Positions 22,011 to 29,315 of a stretch of 29,315 nucleotides of DNA are shown piece by piece. The stretch's first letter is position 1. Every line of letters starts with the position of its first letter. This stretch comes from Octopus sinensis. Its lineage: Eukaryota. The stretch lies in NCBI RefSeq assembly GCF_006345805.1, contig NW_021836653.1, positions 1 through 29,315 on the forward strand. Direction: 5' to 3'. A program made the position numbers and the translations under genes. A model generated the notes under the pieces. That model saw nothing but the letters and a program-made list of their open reading frames with translations. It had not been told where the DNA came from and ran no database searches.

Positions 22011-22215
22011 TTAGGGGGAAACCACTATGTGGACACCCTTAAGCTAGAAATAGATAGAAAAAGCAATAAAAATATGGATTATTGCTTTTTCTTTTGTCTT
22101 GCTCGATTACGTTTGGGTTGTTTTACTAATTTTTTCTTGAGAACATTTCTTAGTGGTAAGACTATAGTGGATCTATTTCTAGCATAAGGGTGTCCACATA
22201 GTGGTTTATCTCTAA
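22011..22215. mobile_element. MITE with ~45-bp TIRs and TA target duplication (Tc1/mariner type)
   Basis: TTAGGGGGAAACCACTATGTGGACACCCTTAAGCTAGAAATAGAT versus ATCTATTTCTAGCATAAGGGTGTCCACATAGTGGTTTATCTCTAA; TA on both sides; inner IR AAAAAGCAATAA/TTATTGCTTTTT. Confidence 0.88.
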
Positions 22216-22899
22216 TATGTATATAATACAATTTTACTGAACCTTCAGTTTTTTATATGCTAGACCACTGTTGTGAAATCAATGTTAATTAAATTAATAT
22301 CTAATTTCTCACCCTCATTTTAAATTTATAATATATATATATATATACGCACACACGCGCACGCACAAACATTTATGTGTGCGTGTGAGTGCTGCATGTG
22401 TGCATGGGTGCGTGTGTATGTGTGTTTATATGTGAGTATGTGTGTATAAAGACCTGACACAAAAACAAGAACCATGGCCTGTCATTAGAGTGAAAACAAC
22501 ACAAGATAGAACAATAATTCCCTTTAAAGACTAGGTGTGAACAGCCGGTGTCAGGTGGAAAACAATACCAGGACAATAATAAGGCTACCGGATTACTCAC
22601 TCAGGTCAGGCAGACTTCTGTGTTATTAACATAATCGGAGTGGACTTGACAACTTCGTCTGTTCCACCCCGCCACCCGACGACAATACGATACGATGAGA
22701 GTGAGGGAGAGATGGGTGAGTGATGTTGAAAATATGGTGTGCATTGAGTGTAGTGGTGGTTGTTTTAGTGACGGTGGTGGTAGTAGTAGTACTAGTAGTG
22801 TTGGTTGTGGTATACATATCTCTCACTATATTGAGAAAATTAAAGGAGTGGAAGACCCTTTAATTATCTCTCATTCTCTGATTCGCTAGCCTCTGCACG

Positions 22900-23079
22900 C
22901 ATTTTTTTTCTCTCCTTGTTTCTCTCCGTGTTTCTTTTCTGTGTATCTTTCTGTTGAAGAGCGTAGGCTCGAAACGTAAAAGACTTGTTTTATTTATATT
23001 CCTGAGCGCCATACTAATACAATTGTTTGTTTGCATTCCACCTGCCCTCGTCTTTTGTTTATTTTCATAAAGCTTCCCG

Positions 23080-23080
<1 letters not shown>
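22900..23080 (+). mobile_element. Short PLE-terminal-repeat-like element with a minimal hammerhead at 22946-22983
   Basis: TCTTT-CTGTTGA-A-GAGC-GTAG-GCTC-GAAAC-GTA-AAAGA: 5-bp stem I, 4-bp stem II, zero-loop palindromic ACGT stem III; A6 is U. Confidence 0.7.
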
Positions 23081-23110
<30 letters not shown>

Positions 23111-23176
23111 CATACATACATACATACATACATACATACATACATACATACATACATACACATACATACATACATA

Positions 23177-23434
23177 AAGCTGAAGGTCAGTGGAAAAGAG
23201 AATGCTTACACTTAACTATTGAGAAATCTGCAACTACTCTATGCAGATTACGACTTCAGGTTTAAATTTGTTATTATTGGGGCACTGGGATATGTAACAT
23301 GGTGTCTAAATAGCAATCTTGAGAAATTAGGCTTCTCAAAACCAGAAAGGAGAAAGCTGCTTCGAAGACTGCAGATCCAATCCATCACTAGAACTGTAAA
23401 AATCTGTAAAACTTTTCAGAAATTTATCATTTAA
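23177..23434 (+). pseudogene. C-terminal relic of an RLE-endonuclease non-LTR retrotransposon (R4/NeSL-like)
   Basis: KLKVSGKENAYT*LLRNLQLLY...VIIGALGYV...LEKLG...RRLQIQSITRTVKICKTF resembles the K..Y..L...IGALG...L..LG...LQ tail of RLE elements. Confidence 0.75.
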
Positions 23435-23737
23435 GTATATATGCGCATGTCTAGATATGCAACTATATGTATGAGAATACATACATAAAGGAAAACATGC
23501 GCATCTGTACGTATACATACATAGAAAAATAGCCTGTTGACGTTGTTGAAATTCCAATAAAGGACCCTTGGATCTAGGTTAGAAACCAGTTCTTTCTCAA
23601 CTGGCAAAAAATTTTGAAATAAAACTGAATAATGACATACATACACACACATATAGTATATTTGTATATATATACACAAGTGAATAGATAAACGAAAGAA
23701 GGGCACATTTATTGGGAGTTACATGTATGGATCAAAT

Positions 23738-24135
23738 TAGTTTGATTAAATTCTTTGGTACACTGAGTTTCAAGCGTGTCGCTAGTCTTCGGTCATTGAG
23801 TCTGAATGAAAATTCGATTGAAGAGATTCAATGTTTCTTATTGTGTGGTGTCGCAGTTTGATGTTGTCCAACTGCCCTCCATCCACGCGACCGATTTCCT
23901 GTCCACCACGCAGTTGATTTCCTTCTTGTTCACCATGCGGTATTTTCCAAAGTAATTGTTGTCGCTGAAATACCAACATCAAACTGCAACAGCGCGTAAC
24001 CTTTCTCGACCAATCGCAGGTTAACATCCAATAGTAAACATTAACTCTCTTCAATCGAACTTTCATTCAGACTCAGTGGCAGATGACTAGCAACACGCTT
24101 GTAACTCAGAGTACCAAGGAGTTTGACTCAAACTG
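23738..24135. mobile_element. Foldback/MITE-like element with ~110-bp TIRs and a nested inner inverted repeat
   Basis: Left 23738-23845 versus right 24029-24135 reverse-complement similarity (e.g. TGAGTCTGAATGAAA.TTCGATTGAAGAGA); inner GCAGTTTGATGTTG 23853-23866 and CAACATCAAACTGC 23974-23987. Confidence 0.85.
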
Positions 24136-24141
24136 TTTTCA

Positions 24142-24198
<57 letters not shown>

Positions 24199-24202
24199 AC
24201 GC

Positions 24203-24245
24203 TTATCTGATGTTGCCGAAAAGAGCGCCGAAACACTTGTCAGAT
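24203..24245 (+). ncRNA. Degenerate hammerhead-like motif
   Basis: CTGATGT-T-GCCG-AAAAGAG-CGCC-GAA-ACA-CT-TGT-C-AGAT: A9 substituted, stems I and II imperfect. Confidence 0.35.
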
Positions 24246-24764
24246 TGGAGTTCTTCTTCTGAAGATCTCTCCTAGTGTGCGCTCGGCTTGCGACAAGTTT
24301 GTTATTTGTGTATGCGAGTGCGTATGTTTATGCGTACGTGCGCACACGCGTGTGTGTGCGTACACTCGCCTATGAAAAGTTTTTACTGAACTGTTGGTTT
24401 TATTTTGGTAGAGATGTTTCTTTTTGTGGTAATTCGATATATTTTCTCTTCTTTGAGATTCCATATGTTAGTTTAATTGTGCTTTTGGGTTAATCGTAAA
24501 TTTAATTTGATGAAACACACCGATGAAAATAATTAACAAAATAAACTGTCGACGAAGTTATACGGGGTAAGTATGTGTACTGGATAGGTGGGAGCCAATG
24601 TGAGCGATAGCCAAGTCAGAGCTTCTTTCTTTTGTTTTTTTTTAGTCGAAAATCATTTGAATGACCCGAAACACTCAAATTCTCGAAAATAGTCTACCAT
24701 CCGTCTATTTCACTGTAAGACTTTAGCTGAAAAGCAGTCTTTTATTTTAAGAAGCTGGAGTCTT

Positions 24765-24890
24765 GTGCCATTACAACCGCTTGTTGTTAACCATTCAACA
24801 CAATCACGGTATCAGATCTCTGAAATGGGCTGTTCAAAGCTCCAGTTTGAATCTAATACAACACATATAGTTCAACATTATAAATACCAC
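24765..24890 (+). pseudogene. Tc1-like transposase fragment
   Basis: HGIRSLKWAVQSSSLNLIQHI* resembles GIxxLxWPxQSPDLNPIEHLW. Confidence 0.6.
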
Positions 24891-25044
24891 ATACTTAACG
24901 TGTGTTGTTTGAGTACCAGAAGCTACGGTTTATTGTCCGACGAAAAGCCCTTTTATAAACATAAAGTATTCAAAACAGAATATATTTCAGAGCTAGGCTA
25001 AACGAAATATCCCCCAAAGTGTTCACGAGAGTGACAGATACGTA

Positions 25045-25456
25045 TTTCGTTGTAATTGCGGCTTCTCAATATAGCGCATGCTGCACACTAGAAGTGCTTA
25101 TGAAGCAAAATCGAAATTTCTAGCCTGAAGTATATACTGAAAGTGTGAAAACTATCTGAGGATTTGGAATAGCACTGCACAAAAAGGTTGCGAACAAAAT
25201 AGTCAAAAGGTTAAATAGACATAATGCTGAAAGAAGCATTGACAAAAGTATGGATAAACATTGGCTTAGTTTGTCATGGATAATTTTAGCAAATCCATGC
25301 CTAATCGGGTGAAAGCCGTGATATTAGCTAAAGGAGGGCCATCAAAATACTGAGACAAAGTTTCACTGATTTCGGGTTAATTTTTCATCAAGTTATTTCA
25401 AGTTATATTAAAGTTGCGTCTTAATATCCTGGTTCTAAAGTTTCTGTAGACTGCTG
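25045..25456 (+). mobile_element. Tc1-like element 3' end
   Basis: SMPNRVKAVILAKGGPSKY* (25294-25353) is the classic Tc1 C-terminus; ends ...CTGCTG followed by TA. Confidence 0.8.
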
Positions 25457-25464
25457 TATATATT

Positions 25465-25486
25465 TACACACACACACACACATATA

Positions 25487-25522
<36 letters not shown>

Positions 25523-25632
25523 TGTATGTATTTATGTATGTATGTATGTATGTATGTATGTATGTATATATGTATGTATGTATATATGTATGTATGTATG
25601 TATGTATGAATGTATGTAGATGTGTACGAGGA

Positions 25633-25671
<39 letters not shown>

Positions 25672-25718
25672 ACATCCATACACATATATTTATGTATATA
25701 CATTCATATACACACACC

Positions 25719-25750
<32 letters not shown>
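25465..25750. repeat. (TATG)n/(TA)n microsatellites
   Basis: Direct inspection. Confidence 0.92.
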
Positions 25751-26069
25751 GCACGCGCGCACACACTCACATTAACACACTTCATGGTGTGCGAATGGAT
25801 GGATGAAGAGAGGAAGAGAAGGAGGAAGGATGAAAGAGAGGAAGGGTAAACGGGGAAAGGAGGAAAAGAAAGTTAAAATTTTAGGTTATCAAATTAATAT
25901 TTTTGAAAATGAAAAGCGTTCGGTGTTAATAACAGGCAGCTGTGCTGTGGGCCAAGGTAAAAAATAGGGCGAGAATTTACGTTGGATGGTGAAGAAAGGA
26001 AAACAGTTGTTGTGATATTGAAATGGTAGAGATTGGTTGTGGCAATGGTGGCGAAGGCAGCAGTGGCAT

Positions 26070-26185
26070 TGGTAGTGGTGGTGGTGGTGGTCGTCGTGGT
26101 GGTCGTGGTCGTGGTCGTGGTGGTCGTGGTGGTCGTGGTGGTGGTCGTGGTGGTGGTCGTGGTGGTCGTGGTGGTCGTGGTGGGT
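26070..26185. repeat. (GGT)/(GGTCGT)/(GGTCGTGGT) repeat
   Basis: Direct inspection. Confidence 0.9.
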
Positions 26186-26224
26186 TTTTGTGGTCGTAGT
26201 CATACCAAAATGACAAAGAAAGAG

Positions 26225-26481
26225 CGACCGCAAGAAAGAAGCAAAGGAAGGAAGGAAGGAATGAAGGAAGGAAAAAGAGAAAAGAGACACGAAAATAAAG
26301 AGAAGGAAAAAGAAAAAAAGAGAAAAGGGAAGAGAAAGAAAGGAAGAAAGAAAGGAAGAAAGAAAGAAAGAGGAAAAGAAAAGGAAAGAAAAAGAAAGAA
26401 AGAAAGAAAGAAAAGGAAGAAAGAAAGAAAGAAAGGAAGGAAGAAAGAAAGAAAGAAAAGGAAGAAAGAAAGAAAGAAAGT

Positions 26482-26514
<33 letters not shown>

Positions 26515-26573
26515 GAAAAGAAAGAGAAAGAAAAAGAAAGGAAGTAAGAAAGAAAGAAAGAAAGAAAGAAAGA

Positions 26574-26658
<85 letters not shown>

Positions 26659-26670
26659 AACGGAAAAAGA
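26225..26670. repeat. (GAAA)n polypurine tract
   Basis: Direct inspection; ~450 bp almost purely purine on the plus strand. Confidence 0.95.
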
Positions 26671-27388
26671 GTGAATGGAAGAAAAGAATGTTTTGAAAGG
26701 TGGAATACTAAATAGACCGTGTATGTTTGCATATGTATATTGGATGTGGTTGTATATGTGCGCGCACGCGTGTGAGCGTGAGAGAGAGAGAGAGGGGGGG
26801 AGAGAGAAAGAGGAAGAGAGAGAGGGAGCTTCTAAAATATGTGGGTGAGAGAATATGGAATGTTCACATGGAGTGTGTGTGTATGTGTGTATGTATGTGC
26901 GTGTGGTGGTGTGTGTGTGTGTGTGTGTGTGGATTGTGCCGCAAGAGGAAAAAAAACACACATTTCAATCCGTTGATTAACAAACAAGAAAATTAGCCAC
27001 TTTGAGACAGTAATTGCGTTAAACGATTCAATATGATTATTTGCTATTGGGAACGGACTTCCTGTCTACCCCTATAGAAAAATGGGTGTTAGACTAGGAA
27101 TTAACGTGAAAATATGCGTGTGTAAATATATGTATTTATGTATATGTGTGTATATATTTATATATATATGTGTGTGTGTAAGAGGGAGTTTGTGTAAAGA
27201 GCTTAGGCGAAGAAAGAAGAGGGTATTATTTATTTAAATTTTCTTAGTTATTTCTTTATTTCTTTATTATACTTTTTTTTATTTTTCTTATTTAATTATT
27301 TGCTGTTCGGTTGTTCTACTTCGTCTTTTTCAGTTTTCAATTTAATTCATTTATATTGAAAAACCAAAAGGGCAACTGCCTATACGTT

Positions 27389-27424
<36 letters not shown>

Positions 27425-27578
27425 AAGAGCGTAGGCTCGAAACGTTAAAGACTTGTTTTATTTATATTTCCTGAGCGCCATACTAATACAATTGTTTGTT
27501 TGTATTCCACCTGCCTTCGTCTTTTGTTTATTTCGTAAACCTGCCTTCGTCTTTTGTCTATTTTCATAAAGCTTCCCG

Positions 27579-27580
<2 letters not shown>
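27425..27580 (+). mobile_element. 5'-truncated copy of the 22900-23080 element, with a 30-bp internal tandem duplication
   Basis: Begins AAGAGCGTAGGCTCGAAACGTTAAAGAC (inside the hammerhead); CTGCCTTCGTCTTTTGT at 27511 and 27541. Confidence 0.85.
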
Positions 27581-27614
<34 letters not shown>

Positions 27615-27751
27615 CACGTCATAAGAAATTGATAAACTTACAAGAAATCGTGGAGTAATTTTTTTAATATCTTGAAGCACACGCATAAAGTTATATATAA
27701 GTAATATATATAAATAATGAGCTGAATAATTTTTCTAGATAGAAAAAGTAG

Positions 27752-27826
27752 AAAGACACCCGTGGGATACGAGCCCACATCTTCGGCAGGCATGACAGAC
27801 GTTCTACCACAGGACCAAAGCAATCC
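27752..27826 (-). other. tRNA-derived relic (SINE head or tRNA pseudogene, Asp-like anticodon arm)
   Basis: TGGTCCTGTGGTAGAA (A-box-like), CTGTCATGC, GGGCTCGTATCCC (B-box-like); no good acceptor stem. Confidence 0.45.
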
Positions 27827-27909
27827 TTCGAACTTCTCTATCCATTTTAGAAACTTAATTCTTACCAGCGAGAATTGTACGTTGTTGACATGATTGATTG
27901 ATTGATTCT

Positions 27910-27975
27910 AGTTTCAGCTCATGAGCTGTGGCCATGCTGGGGCACCGCCATTTGGGGCTGGGGCATCGCCATTTA
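27910..27975 (-). mobile_element. SINE family A tail fragment with a short duplication
   Basis: GTTTCAGCTCATGAGCTGTGGCCATGCTGGGGCACCGCC. Confidence 0.6.
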
Positions 27976-27995
27976 AGAATTTTATAAAATTTCGC

Positions 27996-27996
<1 letters not shown>

Positions 27997-28026
<30 letters not shown>

Positions 28027-28152
28027 CATACAAACATACATACATACATACATACATACATACATACATACATACATACATACAAACATACATAGATACA
28101 TACATACATACAAGCATACATACATACATACATACATACATACATACATACA

Positions 28153-28188
<36 letters not shown>

Positions 28189-28196
28189 CATACATG
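27997..28196. repeat. (TACA)n microsatellite
   Basis: Direct inspection. Confidence 0.96.
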
Positions 28197-28808
28197 CGAG
28201 AAGAAGAAGAACCTGGTATGGATCTACATGGCGGTGAGAATATGAGTCATTAAAAGTAGAAGCATATAAACCCCTTGAATTATGGGAAAGTTATAACATG
28301 AATAGTAGAGCGACAATGGAAGCCCTTATTAAAGAATATTTTCCAGAAATGAATTTTAAAATCTAATTTGAATGCTAATTTTACTTGTTTTATAGGTTTT
28401 AGGAAAATACAAGCATTATTTATAAATAAACAATTGCCCACGGAACTGACATAAAAATAAATGTTTGATAAAAACAGTGTTAAGGTGAGCTACAGTTGCA
28501 TAACATATTTCACTGCGTCTATTGTCAATATAAATGATAAAAACATTTATTGTTACAAATACACATAACTCTTTTCCTTCTATGTAACTGTAACAACCCT
28601 AACATCTCTACTCTTAACGGTATGTGTACTTTTAAAAGCATTTGTTTACCGAGCAGCTACAGTCTCTTTAATCTATATAAGGCTTGTGTTGAGTCGCTGT
28701 AACAAAACGATCATCTAAACGTATGCTTGCATTCAGAAACTGAGAATGACGCTTTGCCACTTCACTACCCAAATACATCTGAAGTATAATAATCTGAGCA
28801 ATTATATG

Positions 28809-29040
28809 TATTTCTTTACTACCCACAAGGGGCTAAACTCAGAGGAGACAAACAAGGACAGACAAACGGATTAAGTCGATTACATCGACCCCAGTGCGTA
28901 ACTGGTACTTAATTTATCGACCCCGAAAGGATGAAAGGCAAAGTCGACCTCGGTGGAATTTGAACTCGCAACGTAACGGCAAACGAAATACAGCAACACA
29001 TTTCGCCCGGCGTGCTAACGTTTCTGCCAGCTCGCCGCCT
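28809..29040 (-). mobile_element. SINE family B, full length, with 19-bp TSD
   Basis: TSD TAATCTGAGCAATTATATG at 28790-28808 and 29041-29059. Confidence 0.95.
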
Positions 29041-29315
29041 TAATCTGAGCAATTATATGATTGATTGGTCCCCATGCCCCCGGTTAAATGGTTCCAAGTA
29101 GCATGCTATCTTATTCTTGGAGAAGTACAAAATTCAGCTACAGTCCGTTGAAATTTTGAACGAAAGATAGAAAATAGGGGATTCCTTGCAAATAATTCCA
29201 TCGCTATATATTGAGGAATTTCAAAAATAGTAACTGGTAAATTTTTCTTTCCCTGCATAATAGATTTTCCATACTCTGAAAGATAGTTGTAAATTTTTAA
29301 AATAAGACATTAATT

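Noticed and set aside
25889-26961. His/Asp-, Pro/Arg-, Lys/Glu/Arg- and Phe/Leu/Ser-rich ORFs
   Set aside because: Produced by GGTCGT and GAAA repeats on both strands; no domain or splice evidence.

Overview
AT-rich, microsatellite-dense eukaryotic non-coding DNA with no intact host gene I can support. Almost all long ORFs in the track are translations of simple repeats. The three tRNA-headed SINE families and the (TA)n/(CA)n/(TACA)n landscape look like an octopod cephalopod genome (my inference, not database-checked). The window is a transposon graveyard: Tc1, mariner and pogo/Tigger transposase relics, RTE and RLE (R4/NeSL-like) LINE fragments, Penelope-like element (PLE) GIY-YIG fragments, MITE/foldback elements, nested SINEs with clear target-site duplications, and a 2.25-kb 28-bp minisatellite. 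The main unexplained signal is about ten type I hammerhead-ribozyme-like motifs from several families. Two related copies (12756-12837, 14257-14342) have intact cores, covarying stems and an unusually long branched stem II. Another pair sits in the arms of a 670-bp palindrome (1702-2374). A PLE ORF also appears split by a 5.4-kb segment bounded by two permuted halves of one SINE family.
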